A stretch of 64,000 nt of DNA from positions 3,162,001-3,226,000 of the forward strand of contig CP075493.1 of assembly GCA_021613535.1 (NCBI GenBank), given 5' to 3'. Of this stretch, positions 39,359 to 53,962 are shown piece by piece. A program made the position numbers and the translations under genes. Positions within the stretch are counted from its first letter, which is position 1. Each line of letters starts with the position of its first letter. Under the pieces are notes generated by a model. It was given only the letters and a program-made list of their open reading frames with translations, ran no database searches and was not told the DNA's origin. The stretch comes from Adineta vaga. Lineage: Eukaryota; Animalia; Rotifera.

Positions 39359-40017
39359 ATTGACAAAAAAAAACGCCTGTTTAATTATCATTATGTTATG
39401 AAATGCTTCTAGTTATTGCATGTTTGAATCAAAAAAATCGCTCATATATATATATGCATTCTATATATATTCTTTAGAGAATACTAATCGACACATATTA
39501 ATTAACGTTAAATTATCGAAAAATAATAATAAATCACACAAATTCGTTACGATTTTATGTTATATACATGTTTGGCTCAAATACAAAAAAAACTGTGTTT
39601 TTCTTGTTATTTATTCTTTGATATTTCTATGGCTTTTATTTTCTCTAGATCGACAATTAATGAAGAACGAATATGGCTTGCGTTGTGGAAAAAAGAAATC
39701 TTCCTTTAAGTTGTTGCGTTGTCAATTGTTTCTTTCTTTTCTTTTTTTTCTTTAATATTTTATTGCATATATATTTATATACATAAAACCTTTTTGATTG
39801 CTTTGCTTTTCCAGATGAAAACATCTCTTGACAATGAATAATGACTTAAGTATATTACAAGCACCATTTCCTGGCGAAACGTAAGAGAAAACTACGAGAA
39901 AAATACGTTCGTGTAATCGAATTTGTTTTAGTTTGATCGACTCTCAACGAGAAACGAAAACTATCGATATTGAGACATATTTATCATCATCATCGACTTC
40001 ATTATCAGAAATCGACG

Positions 40018-43000
40018 ATGCATAAACAACATGAACATTTGAATGATACACCAGTTACGACTATAAAAAAGAAACGAACCAAATGGCATATATATGATAC
40101 AGTTGCAAAATTTTTATTAAAAAATCGATTTTATTTAACAGCTTTGGAATTTTATACTGAATTATTAGAAAATGGATATGATTTACCTCGTTTACGTGAA
40201 TATTTTTCTAATCCAGCAAATTTCGAAGGTTCATCATCAACAACGATAACGAAGCAATCATCATTTATGCGAAATCTTAGTCATTATGCTGATGATTCTG
40301 TTTCACTTGGAGGCGGTGGTGGAAATGGAGATTATCTTTGTCGAACATCAAGTAGTCAAACATTTGATTCAACTTCAATTGATAATATTACACGATATTC
40401 AGAAGATATCGACTGGAATAATGGAAATGGTGTTGGAGGACCAATATCCGGTGCTGGTGGAGGTGGAGAATTAAAATTTAATGATGAACGTGTCGCAGTT
40501 CTAGAATTTGAACTACGAAAAGCACGTGATACAATACAAGAATTAAGACAAACATTAACTTTTGATTCGACAGATGATCAACAACAACATCATCATAAAA
40601 AATCTGAAGAAAGAAATGGAAAATATCAAGGTAAATAGAATATATGATTGTTTTTCTTCTATTCATTATTTCATTTAGTTCATCCATTTTCATCGACAAT
40701 ATCCCAAAATATTCTTCCATCTGGATTAACAGTTCGTCCATTTGAACGTCGTGCATTGAATTATTTAATCAATGAATATCTTCTTACAAATAATTATAAA
40801 GTAACCAGTGTTACATTCGGTGAAGAAAATGATACATCCGATTTAGAAGATTGGGATAGTGTTGGTTTAAATTGTTCTCGACCACCTGATTTAAATCAAT
40901 TATATCGTTGGTATTGTCATCAATTGAATGTTGATAATGAAAAGCCAACACAAGAAGATTTTTCTATGTTTATCAATTTTGATGAAAATCTTCATGATGA
41001 TTATAAAAATTTAAAAGTCACTGAACAACAAATGGTTTGTGAGATAGACATGTATAGTTTCCTATGAAGAGAATCTTTTCTATTTTAGCAACTTAATCTA
41101 GTCGAATATGATAAAAGAATCAAACACATCGAAGAAGAAAAACGTAATCTCAACGAAGAAATCCATTCTTTACAGCATGAAAAGAAAAATCTTCTTATTC
41201 AATTACAAACTTTACAAAATCGTTTACTAACCGATGAATCATCTTCTGAAATGAAAATCGATGATACTACACAATTAAATTCTTCTCGGCATGTTCCACA
41301 AGTATTTCGACGTATCTTCGAAAAACAAACTTTATCTTATAATATCAATGATGATAAACATGATGAAGAAATCGAATTAAATCATGATCTTGAACAAAAA
41401 ACATATGAAGATATCATTCATGAATTGAATACACTTTCACTTGATCAACATGATTTATTAGATTTAATTGTGCGAACGGTAACAAAAATAAGTTTACATT
41501 TAAATGGTTACAAAAAATTAGTAAGTTCATTGACAAAATGTTTAATCATTCGAATTTAATATTCTTTTAGGAACTTGTACCTTTGACAATCTGTACATCG
41601 ATATTACATCCGAAACATACAGAACGTGATCGTCTTTTGAAAACATTATTTAATCTTTATAAAAAACCATCATACAATCAACGACAAGTTTTACTTCATG
41701 CTTGTCTTTGTTTTGCAAAACAGAGTGGTCCAGTACGTGTTCATGCAGAACTTTTACCACAATGTTGGGAAAATTTAAATAATAAACTTGATGAAAGACG
41801 TTGTCTTGTTGCAGAAGCATGTGGAATATTAACACCACATCTACCGGTAATTATCAATATAGAAATAAATGATTATTATTAGTTTTCTTTTATCTACTAG
41901 CAAGATATTCGTGTAAGTTTAATCTTTTCCATGTTACAACAAATGCTTGCCGAAGATAAATGTGATCAAGTACGATCTGTATGTAGTAAAAGTCTTGCAA
42001 TGGTTATCAATGAAATTGATGATGAATCTCGATTATCTTCAGTAAGATTGTTTTGTTTTTTAAATTAACAAAAAAAAAAATAGAATGAATATCGTTTTTC
42101 TTTCTATTAAAGTGTATTGAATTACTTGATCGATGTTTATCTGATACGTTCGATGTAGTACAATCAACTAAACAATATCTATTACCAGCAATTGCTATGT
42201 GGTGTCTTGAATTGAATAAAATTTCTCATGTTTTTATTGAACATTATTTAGTTAAACTTGAATCACTTGTACAGGTTAATTTAATTTGTCTTACTTCTAC
42301 TATAGAAAAATAACTTGTTCTATCTTTTCTTTAGAATATTCCAAATTCATCAGCAATTGATAATCAACGTTTTAATCAATTAATTCATATCTTAACAGAT
42401 TTGATTGTATTTTTGTTTGCATCAGCTTTGAAAACTATGATACTATCAGATGAACTTCCTTCAACGACATCAATATCAAGAATCTTACCGGATTCGACAT
42501 CATCTGAATTCTATCAATTTCATGTGATTTTATCACCGATTAGTGAAAAATTACTTCATCATTATGATCAATGTGCAATGAATGGTGAATTTCCCTTTCC
42601 CGAACAGATTCATGCTTGTCTGGATAGTTTGTAAGAGTAAAGAAAACTATTTGAATTCATTTTGATGAATTTATGATTTAGTTTAAAACGTTCATTTGAT
42701 ACGATGGCATTTATTGATATTATGAATGGAAAATTAATTCACGCATGTAGTGATTTTATTAAAATGATCGGTCGATATTTTGGAAGAAATTTTTGGAAAT
42801 TAAAAGTAAGTTACAAACCATCAGATCAATATCATCTTCAAGAATTATATAGATCAAACCATTGTATTTTACATCCAATCCTCCTATACTTCAAGATGAT
42901 GGTGTTCGTAAAGGTAAATATTGTTTACTATTTTTAATGTTTCATGTAAGATTTGTATTTATTTAGAAGCTCCATTTGTTCTCTATGCCACCGGTGTTTT

Positions 43001-44263
43001 ATGTTCTTGGACAACAGAACAAGAACAAGCTGAATTAACTCAATACATATACGATGCACTTCTTCTTGTAGCTAATCAAAAACTATCGATAAATACATTG
43101 CAAGCGATATATGCAGAAATTGGGTATATCATAATTTTGTTCATTCATATATTTTTAAAAGTTGAACATAACATATTTGCAGATCTGATACAAATTTTCA
43201 AGATAATTTATTGAATATTCTTCGTGATTCTTTAACAAATAATAATTCTCAAATTCGTTTGTATATTTTACAATTGTTCTATGTAAGTCTTTCGAAAATT
43301 ATAATTAATTCGTTTTCATATATTTGTCTAGATTATATTATCTCTTGTTGACCATTCAATAATATCTCACAAGATCTTGCCTGCGTTAATTACGCTTGCA
43401 TCTGATGAAGATATGTACGTGTCGATATAGATTGAATAAACGAGTTTTTCATATATTTTATTTTTTCATAGAACTGTACGGACAGCAACTATACCGGTAT
43501 TTGGATCAATTATTGTTCAATGTTCAGAACCTGAAGTAAGATATTGATTAAAGTTTTACGTGAATGTCTAAATAACCTAAATTTGTTTACTTTTCTTCGA
43601 TTAGATCTTAGAACGAGTTTATGCTCAATTTCAAATGTTTGACAAGTAAAATTTCGACAATTCTGATCTATTCCTAGTTGTACTATGATATATTTAGTGA
43701 TGCAAGCTTTCGTGATGAACATCGTGTTCAAAGTGAATTTATTAAAACATTTACGCAAATTGCGCCACAAGCGGAAAGTAAATTTCGTGAAGATTTTATA
43801 CTTCCGTTTTTGGCTCTAATCGCTTCTCAAAATTCTCAACAACAATCTGAACGTGGCCAAGCTAAACGTTTAGAAATAGCTACTTATTTATTTGAAGCTT
43901 ACAGTGCATTATCATGTTGTTTTCATTCGGGTCAATCCATATTAAATAGTTTTCTTCCTGGTCTTTATTGTTTACGCGTGGATTTTGCGCAATTACGACC
44001 TGATAGTGTTGCTGTTTTGGATTCAATTATTAAAGATCTTGAACATAAACTTGAACAACACCGACAGGATAGGTTTGTTAGAAAGATTTTTCTTTTTTTT
44101 TGGGAGGGAAAACAATAAGACTATTTTCCTTTGATTTAGTTCATTATTAATCGGTGGTGCAGCTCTCAATCAAGAAAATATTCGAGGACGAATGCTCAAA
44201 GGTTTAACCAATATTCGTGATTCAACAGAGAAATTAACTTATCGATTTATGAAAAAGAAATAG
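40018..44263 (+). CDS. RELCH: RAB11-binding LisH/coiled-coil/HEAT protein KIAA1468 (N-terminus uncertain)
   Basis: LTALEFYTELLE.G..LPRLREYFSNPANFE, RVAVLEFELRKA, ERRALNYLINEYLL, EDWD.VGLN, LFNLYKKP, ELLPQCWE. Confidence 0.92.
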
Positions 44264-44761
44264 ATATATATTTTCCTGAGCTTTAATGATCAAATTGCAA
44301 TGTTTTATTTCAATAATACTCACATGACATATATATATCCACACCCGTTTTCTTTGAAATGCTAATGTTTTTCTTTGTATCTCTGTATATTTGTGTTAAA
44401 TTTCTTCTTCTTTTTCTTTCTTCCTATGAAGATGCGTATTTATAAGAACGACAACGGAAGATTAATCTCAAGCATTCCCTTCACTAATCAATTCAAATAA
44501 ATATCTTATGACAATATAATATTGCAAAAATAATATTTTTCAATCTAAAAGCATGTCACAATGAGAAAAGATATAAACTACAAGTAGTAGGATTGATTGC
44601 GTAGAATAAATCATTAATATGAGATTGTTAAAAGAAAACATATAGTAGAACTCTTCGATACAATGGAATGTCAGCAAAAACACTGTATCTTTACTATTTG
44701 AAGAATGTACAATGATAACAATTAATGTCTAGTTTATTTCAAGATATTAGGTCAGTAGATT

Positions 44762-45823
44762 TTAACTATTATTATTCGTTTCGGTACCATCGATCGTTTT
44801 ATATAATTCTGAATAATTATGTGACAATAGATTTCTTAAATGTTGACCATATGTTTGTGGTTCATAATTAGGTTTTTTTCCGACAGGACACCATCGTGTT
44901 CCTAGATCATGAGTATCGATAGGAAAATCCAATTGAGGATCCCAGAAGAAAACAATCGAATATCGATCACGACCAGAACGATTGATAACACGATGAGGAG
45001 TGGCTCGAAGACAATCATTAGTCCATTTTGAGGCACTATCTCCAAGATTAATTAAAAACGCTGTTTCACCATTGGATGATCTCATAGTTGGAGCTGGTAT
45101 CCATTCACCATGCGATGTTTTTACTTCTAAACCACCAACATCATCTTGAGCAAGAATCGTCATAAAACCATGATCACAATGTGGCGCACTACCAAAAACA
45201 CCTTCAGGCACTGGTGAAGGTTGTGGCGGATAATGAAGCATACGTAAACCGATCGATGGCCTTTGAAAATGTGAAGCAAATCGATTAAAATCAGTTTCAC
45301 TAGCAGCAAAAAAGACTTTGGTTAATTCTAAAGCTAATCTCTCTAGTTGATGATAATATGCTAGAACAGCTTCACGAAATTCAGGTATGCCTTGTGGCCA
45401 TTGATTTGGACCTTGTAAATAACGATTGTATAGTTCTTCTTCTTTTAAATCAGCTGGTCCTTCAAAGTGTTCATGATTGATAATAAATGATTCACTTTGA
45501 TTGGGAGCTTTAACAGCTGCTTTTGTATCTTCAACTAAAACACCTTTTGATGTTGATTCCGATTTAACTTGATATGAGGCTAATGGAAGATATCCTCGAT
45601 GCCATTGATTTAAACGAATCTTATTCTTTTCATCCAATGGTAAAGCATGAAAACGACGATGTTGAGCGAATACTTCAGTAATGATTGATTCTGGTATACG
45701 ATGATTAATAATATAGGCAAAGCCAATTTCCTGGAATGCATAAAGAAATTCTTCCGTAACTTTAGATAAACTGGCAGATGATGAATCCCATAGCGGACTA
45801 AGATCAATTATTGGAATAGTCAT
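44762..45823 (-). CDS. Isopenicillin-N-synthase-like 2OG-Fe(II) oxygenase, intronless
   Basis: IPIIDLS, GFAYIINH.I, RGY, GPNQWP, LRMLHYPP, H-C-D..F.TIL.QD..GGLEV, TPHRV and RYS motifs. Confidence 0.92.
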   Translation of the reverse strand: MTIPIIDLSPLWDSSSASLSKVTEEFLYAFQEIGFAYIINHRIPESIITEVFAQHRRFHALPLDEKNKIRLNQWHRGYLPLASYQVKSESTSKGVLVEDTKAAVKAPNQSESFIINHEHFEGPADLKEEELYNRYLQGPNQWPQGIPEFREAVLAYYHQLERLALELTKVFFAASETDFNRFASHFQRPSIGLRMLHYPPQPSPVPEGVFGSAPHCDHGFMTILAQDDVGGLEVKTSHGEWIPAPTMRSSNGETAFLINLGDSASKWTNDCLRATPHRVINRSGRDRYSIVFFWDPQLDFPIDTHDLGTRWCPVGKKPNYEPQTYGQHLRNLLSHNYSELYKTIDGTETNNNS

Positions 45824-46203
45824 CTGAAAATATACATACTTCTGTACGTTGATCATATGATCACAACGAACTGATTTATTCATATTCTTTCTTCTCGCGA
45901 TAGAATTAGTTGTAGAGTCTGTTGACAAGATTTTCGATTAATTGCAGATAGGATAATTATATTTGTTCAAGCTTTATATTTCATTTTGTACAAACATAAA
46001 ATATTTCTATGGTCAGAATTGGTCACTATTGCTATCATAAAATGACGTCATTATACAAAAAGAAAAGGAAGAGAGAGAAAGATAGAACAAAATATTATGC
46101 GTGAGTAAAAAGGATTCGAATAATGCACATAAATATGACGAAAAAAGGTTCTGAATAAATTCATCCAAAAACGGTACAAATCAAAAACATTTTCTTTCGA
46201 TAA

Positions 46204-49200
46204 TTATGAAATTTTGCATATATCTACATTTGTATTCAGATTCGAATCAATCGCATCTGATTGTTGAACAGCAGCAGCGTTGAATAAATAATTGATAATC
46301 ACTCGGATCATATATCCGGTTGAACCGCCTACAAGACTAATAGGAAGATTATAGAAATCTGGATAGGAATCTTTTGAATTTGTTTGTTGTTGAAATAATT
46401 TGACTGCTTCATTGATCAGATAGTCAACATCTAGTGGTCGAGTAAATCGTAGTTCATCGTTACGTTTAAGAAGTACATTGACTGCTTCGAACATCTAAAT
46501 ATTTCAAGAGATTTAAAAAAAGATTTGTAAATCAGATTTTCTCGTACCTCGACAACGAGACAACGATAAGCAGGATCAGCTATTCGACTAAGCATTTCTT
46601 CAATTTTTAACGAAAAATTCAATTCATAATCTGTCATATCAGATAATGTTGGTTGCTAAACAAACAAAGTAAATATCTTTCGTTTTCTATCATCTGGCCA
46701 TTCTTACTTGTGGTAGGAAAATACCGCATAGTTTTATTCCACCCGGTGTTCGTTCAAGTATAGACCAAACATGTTCATAAAAATGTACTGGTACACGAGA
46801 TAATGCTCCGTCCAGTTGTCTCTTTTGAAATGATGATCTAATGAGATAATAGAATAATCTTTTTTTTTCCTTCTCATTTAAAAACTTTACCGTTGTTCAC
46901 CATCACCAGTTTGCTGTGTTGTTAAAACATATTCTAATATTTGTTTCATATGATTCGGTGAGATTACATTTAATGTCTAAATCATGAAAGAAAAACGTAT
47001 CGGATAAGAGATTTATCAAAAAGCGTAAGTAAAAAAATATTACCACTGTTTCATCTGAATCAGTTCGAATATGTGCTAGACCAAGTTTGATTGCTTCTAA
47101 CATCCATCTATTAGACGATAGATTGATCAGAATGGAAACTAATAGAAAAGAATGATCTTACCCTAGTCGAATTTTGAGAATACCATTAAACAATTGCTAG
47201 AAAAGATAGGATACATATATAGAAATCATATCATGTTTGATAGAATTAACGAACGGGATATGTATTCATGAATACAGCGACATTGACGAGAACTTCTTGA
47301 AGTAGAACAGCATGAAATACACTTCGACCAAATATACTATCACTATAAAGAATTTTGAAAATTTCGTTCGGACGTATCTAATAAAGGAAAGATTTGAATC
47401 GATATAGAAAAATTTATTCAGATTTATATAAATACCGGCTTATCAATCACTGTTTCTTCGTAACCAAAAATCCCTAGAGTGACCTGAAAATTAACGATAA
47501 ATGAAGAACAAATCAATAACATTGTCAATAAAACAACACATACGATTTTTCCACGGACAAGTAGATTTGTAACTGCTGGAGCTAAACTGTCGATCATTTT
47601 ATGTAAGAGACTCGATACAAAACGAGTTACTGCCCTGAAAAAAACGAAACATTGGAAATAATTTTGCAATAATTTTATATTCATACCAATCTTGAAATGT
47701 TCCAGCTTCTTTCATTAAATGTTCTAAATGAGTTTTCACACGATAATTCTCTCGAATCATATAATCAAGACCACCATGTTTATATAATTCATATGTAGCT
47801 AATGTATGTTTTTTCAATGTACCAATATGAACATCAGTATTACATATAAAATCACGAATTTCTGCTTCATCTAAATTTTGAAATTCCTACAAAATCAATC
47901 ACTAGAGTCAGAACTGATAATATCAAAGTGGATACTTACATGATGAAGATAATCAATATCCTCACTAAGAGCAGGTGCTTTGACAACATCTGTCAAAGAT
48001 TTATAATGACTAGTATCGTTAGTATTTTTATTTTCAGCTACGGCAACAGATTCCCATTCGATCGTTGGACAATCTGACGTATTCAAAAAATCAAGATGTT
48101 CGATGCAAGCACTAGATATTGCTGTCTAACAGAGAAAAACAATATTTTACTGAATTCATTTGAGATTTAGAGATGAAAAATCATACTTGTAAACGTTCGA
48201 GTCGTACGAATATACTTGATGAAAGTTTGCCTTGACGAATTTGAGTCAATAATTCTAAGAGATCAGACTTTTGCGTTCCACTATAAAATAAATAACTTCA
48301 AAGAAAAGTTCGGCACAAAAAATATCTCTCTTTTACCGAAGATGCCGTTCACGTAGCATCATTACGTAGATCGGTCGACCTTTCAAACGCCAACATTTTG
48401 TAATAAATTCCAAATCACTCTACATAAACAGATCTCTCTACGAAATTCTGTTTTAAATAATAAACAAAAGTAGTCTTACACGAATATTATCCAATAGTAA
48501 GGTCATATCACTTGACATATAGAAGTCCGTTGTTTCAAAGGTTAATGGATAACATAAAACTGTCTTTGAACTAATTCGATAGACCTAGAAATTCATGATT
48601 AATTAATTCATCAAACAAAGTAGAGCTATTTTCTTACTTTACATGTACCTAAAACACCAAATGGTCGTACTGGACGTCCACTAAAACCAAGTTTTTTATT
48701 GACACCTAAATTTGCATATGCCTGACAAAGAAATGAATACAAAATTAGTTGTCTTGCAATTGATAAACATACTTTAACTAATTCTGCAGGTGGCCAAATT
48801 AGAAGCGGTTCGATTTGTTTTGGTGTTTGAGTTTGAATTCCATATGTTGCTAAAACTTGTTGTAAACGAACTGATTCTGATATAGCAACAACTTGAATGA
48901 CTAGATCAGAAAAAGTAACCTAAATAAATAAGATTTACTTCGAATTCATATGATATTTTATTCATTTACATTAGATATCATCGATCCACTTGTTGCTTTT
49001 CCTGAATCATATGATTGATTTGTTACTGTTTTTGGTATATTCAATGAATATTGATAACGAGATGAATCCTAAATAGAATAGAATTTCAAAGAAAGAATAA
49101 TGAAAGAGATTGTTTTTACTTGTATAGATGAATATCTTGAATTCGATTTTGGTCGATCACATGGAGGTAAATAACGTCGTAAAGGATCGAGATCAGTCGT

Positions 49201-51536
49201 ATTTAATAATTTATCCGCTAAAAAAATCAAAAAAAAGATTTCTCTTTGTTTTTTTTTTGAATTAAAGAATTTGTATTTACTTAATAATTGACATATGATC
49301 CAAACGGATTGACCAAGAAGAAAATATTTTCCCCGAAGAATTTCTGAACTACAGTTATATGATACTTTTTGATTACTATTAAGATCACTAGAATCGCTTT
49401 GATTACTGCTTTGTTGTTTTGTATGATCAATATAGTAATAATGAGGCATCATATCACCTTTGAAAAAGAGAAATATATGAATTTTATTTCTAATCGAAAA
49501 TGTTAAATAAAAGCAAAAGGAAATCTAAATTATGAATCACTATTTTAAATACACATTGCATGCAAATAACGAAAATATAGAAAGAAGCATGAGAAATGCA
49601 ATCAATTGGTACCTTTTTCAGACATTCCAGTGCGAGAGCGAGAGGATGATTCACATTTGTTAGTGACTATTTTAATAGAATACGTATGATTGTATGAAGA
49701 GAAGAAAGAGAATGAACACAAATAGACAAAAATCATATGACCGTACGTAATTTTAGGAATTCAAATCTTGAACTTTTGGTACATGAGATCTTATGGTAGG
49801 GCGCTGTAGGATTAGGTCTATTTCTTAGAACACATTCCTTTAGATGATAATCATCATTTTACCTTCGGTAGTTCGTCGTAAAATAGGACTTAATGCAGCA
49901 AGATATTCATCAACTTGAGATTGATTATTTTTGAAAACACCTGAAGAGATACATAAAATTTCAACATTTATTATCGACATTCAAAAACAAAAATATACCA
50001 TCAATTGCCATAACTGCAAAGAACATTGGCCATTCACATTCATTTTTGTCGAATTTCTACAAGAGAAAAGTGTATATTTGATAACTTGAAATCACATTTG
50101 TCTAACTTTAATTTCAGTTGCTTCATAAAATCTATTTTCAGTCGATTCCAAATCAGTAAATTGACCATCACGTAAAAATCGTTTAAAACCATGTGCACCA
50201 TGCAATTTTCTTTTGCATTTTCGTATAGTATTTTCTACAAGTGTTGCTTCATGTACAGCAAATGTTGGCCAACTAACAGTAAATAGCAGAGCAGCATCAG
50301 TATTCTGGATAAACGAAAAAAACATATGTGTCTTCAAAATTTTCAAGAGAAAACACATTTACTTTCGATGCTGATTCTCGTGGAAGAAGTGTATCAAATG
50401 TTGTTCGATTACGATTATGTGCATCCTAGAATTTGATTTATTAAAAAAGAATAGTCATTCATCGTCTATTCTCATACCACATCAACGTAAACAACAGACC
50501 AATTTGCACCTTTATCACCATATAAATTAAAACCATTCATTGCTTCTAATGCTGCCTTTGCCATTCCAATTGAACTAGAATATTGATTTATGCGAAGATA
50601 TTTAAATGAATATTTTCTTACCTTGCATGAAGTTCACATGTATTTGTATTATATTTACTTCCTCGTTCCCATATACCATAGTCCGGTGTACGATAAGCAC
50701 GTTCAATCGAAAAAACTAATTGTTGAACAAAATTAACTTCATCGATAGAAAAAATAATCTAAGGAAAATTTTCAAGACATTTCATTCAATCATTTTCATA
50801 TATCTACTTCAAGATTAGATGTAATCATTTGTGTTAATGTTAATAAATATATTGAAATTGCACATATTTGTAATTGACCAACTTCATCAGCTCCTTCCAC
50901 TTCATTTCCATTTAATACATTGAATTTTGAATGTAAAGCATCTCTTGGTGATTGTTCACTTTTGAAGACTTCAACCTAGAAGACAAGTATTCATTTTGTT
51001 CTTTAGAATTCAATCTTAGTTTTTTTGCAAATACTTTTTTCGACTGTTTCATCCAACAAAGTAATATTCCACGCATACATTTAACTGCTGCTTGACCTAA
51101 TTCATGTGCACGTCCTTGATCATTATCAATCTTGCAATAACATTGTCGTAGAGACCAAACAGCGATAGCACAGAAAACATTCTCAACAACATGTCCAATT
51201 TTCGCTTCTGGATCGAGATGATTTGGAAAAAGACCAGTTGTTAAACTTTGAAAAGCAAGAATTTGACGTTTTACTTTACGATAATATATATTCATTTTCT
51301 GTAAGATTAATGTTCGAGAATCAGAATAATTTTCTGATTCATCACTAACGCCCCAAACTTTCTTTAAAAAGAAGAAGAAGGAAAATGAAAATAACAAAGA
51401 TACAATATATTATTTTTATTCATCTTACTTTTGAATCAGACCATGATGAACGACGACTACGGTTCGAACCGAGATTACCAATATTCACCGAAGTCATTGA
51501 TGACTGTCGTTGTTTTCCTGAATCACTGTCACTCAT
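46204..51536 (-). CDS. PHKB: Phosphorylase b kinase regulatory subunit beta (many exons)
   Basis: [70 protein letters not shown]-terminal CAAX CKIS. Confidence 0.93.
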
Positions 51537-51735
51537 TACAAATTATCTCATCTAGAACTTAGAGATACAATACACAAATGACACTCTGTTGCAGAAAACA
51601 AATTTATTATTATTATTGAAAATTTGAAAACTACAATTGTTATATATTAACAGAATGAAAAAGAGATTATCACATCACACAATCAAACATAATGAGTAAA
51701 AAAACTGAAACGATAGTTAATAATAAAGTATTGAA

Positions 51736-52186
51736 TCAATCAGAATCAGAATCTAGTGCAGCACGTCGGCGGTCAAACTAAAATGAAAATATATTTATGA
51801 TTATTCCAATTGTTGATTTAAATAAAACGAATAGAATGACTTACATTGACTTTCGTCGTTTTTTCTGTTACTTTGCTCACTTGTTCTAAAAGTCCAATTA
51901 ATTGTTCTTCACTTACTTTTCCATTACCGAAAGCTCCACGACGAGCATTTTGTATCAGAATATCTTCGACCATACGTCCTTTTTCTGGTTTAGTTAATGC
52001 AATAGTATTTAGACGTGCACGTGCTTCTTGTGTTAATAACGAACTTAACATCGCATTACGCATATCTTCTTGCTGCTGACGTTGTTCTTCAGCTCCATTT
52101 TGATTAGTTCCACTTCTACCTATTTGTTGTTGCTGTAATTCTGCTAAACGTTTAGCACGAATAGCATCAAGTTCAGAATCAGCCAT
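51736..52186 (-). CDS. PDCD5: Programmed cell death protein 5 (2 exons)
   Basis: MADSELDAIRAKRLAELQ, L.QEARARL..IAL.KPEK...VE, KTTKV.|FDRRRAALDSD. Confidence 0.95.
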
Positions 52187-53962
52187 AATCTGAAACAGAT
52201 TGAACACATACTTACAAATATGTTTTTTTTTTGTTCTTTGAATTATAGAACAAACTAACTGAAAAATCTGATAATAGACATATGGAATAAGTTTTAATTC
52301 ATTGATTATGTTTCCATCGATAAATTTAATTCTTGAAATTATGATAATAAAAAACGTAGTTTTATGTATATCTACATTAGATTAGATTTCTCAGTATTTA
52401 TATGAGCACGTTTGAGACATTTCGGAACACACTTCCATTTATAGTCAAGCAGAGCATGAGATTCGATTGAAAAACATCTTTTACCATTCACCAGTTACCA
52501 GACAATAAGAGTAATCTAAATGGTATCTAATAATAACCTTTTGACAGAATCTGCTATAGATGTCACTAAATATCAGTCGGTATGAAAACCATATAGATAG
52601 AGATTATTGTCTTTATACTATCTCGGTCGATGAAAATGAGAAACGATAGTGTTCCTTTCAACTCGAGACGATGTATTTCCTTTGTTTTATTAAAGATTTT
52701 TCTCAATAAAACAGGAACAAACAGAAGTGCTTTTTATATGGCAGTCTAGAAAAAAAAATTAGGAGGCATACTCTAATGCTGTCGATAACAGCTTAAATTG
52801 ATAAGCAAAATTATCAACAATTTGAATTATAAAATGAATATTATTAGTGTTCGATAATACTAAAAAGCAATCTAATGATGTTTGTGAGAAATATAATCTT
52901 CTCTGTTACTATGCAAATATTCTTTGAGAAACGCAAAAAATGCATTTTCTATTTGTTCTTTTTATACAAAAACGAGTAAATTTAGCAGAGATAATTACAG
53001 TTTTCCACGCCATGTAATACTTCATTATTCGTTAGCATGTTCACTATGAAAGAGAAATCAATGGAAAATTACATTAATATTTAGTATCCAATCTTTAAAT
53101 TGATTTCTGAATATTTACTAATCACTTCTTCTTAATTATTAATCCGATGAACTCAATTGTATATGCATGTATTAATGAAGCCGCATACATTTTTCGTACC
53201 ATATTCTCAATAAGATGAGAAAAAAAAACAATATTCCAATTCTGTCTCTTGAGAATTCTCGCTAGATATTTAGCAATTCATTTTGAACATTCCCTCTATT
53301 TATTAATCAATAAAAAGAATCGAATCTTCTTCACTAAAATGACAACATTCTATCGAAGAGAGAAAAATCTGTGACACTAGTCAATAGTTTCTCTTTGTAA
53401 CATATAAGTATTGTTACACCCGACGAACAACTCTTTCTTCTTTTCTTTTATTTATTTAGAAATATTAAGCGTATATACTGATGCTCGTTTGTGGCAATTG
53501 ACAACGGCGCTATTTCGTCTTCACACGCAATCCTCATGAGATATGCCGAACAAAAGGCGTTGGGCTCCTTGCTTTTCTATATTTTGTTCTCGAGTAGTGT
53601 ATATATGTATGCCATCACAACACATCAATTGAAGTGAATACTAACTGTAGTTAACATTGAAACCCATGGAGAACTATTCAATAGCGTTAGTTAGTTCTTG
53701 TTCAACGGCATACTTATATATATATATATATATACAAAAGATAGACGGAAAAAGGAGAAAATATTCGGGAAATCGGAAAAAAGAAAAGAGAAAAGGAAGA
53801 GAAGGATAGAGAAAGACAACATGCAAACGCATACAAATCATTATAGACGGTATCAAGTGTGCAGAAAATACTCGACATAGTATGACCAGATACTATTTCA
53901 ATCGTAATGTTGAGCAATATAATACAAATCTATAAGCAATCGATTAATAAAATATTCTTCTA

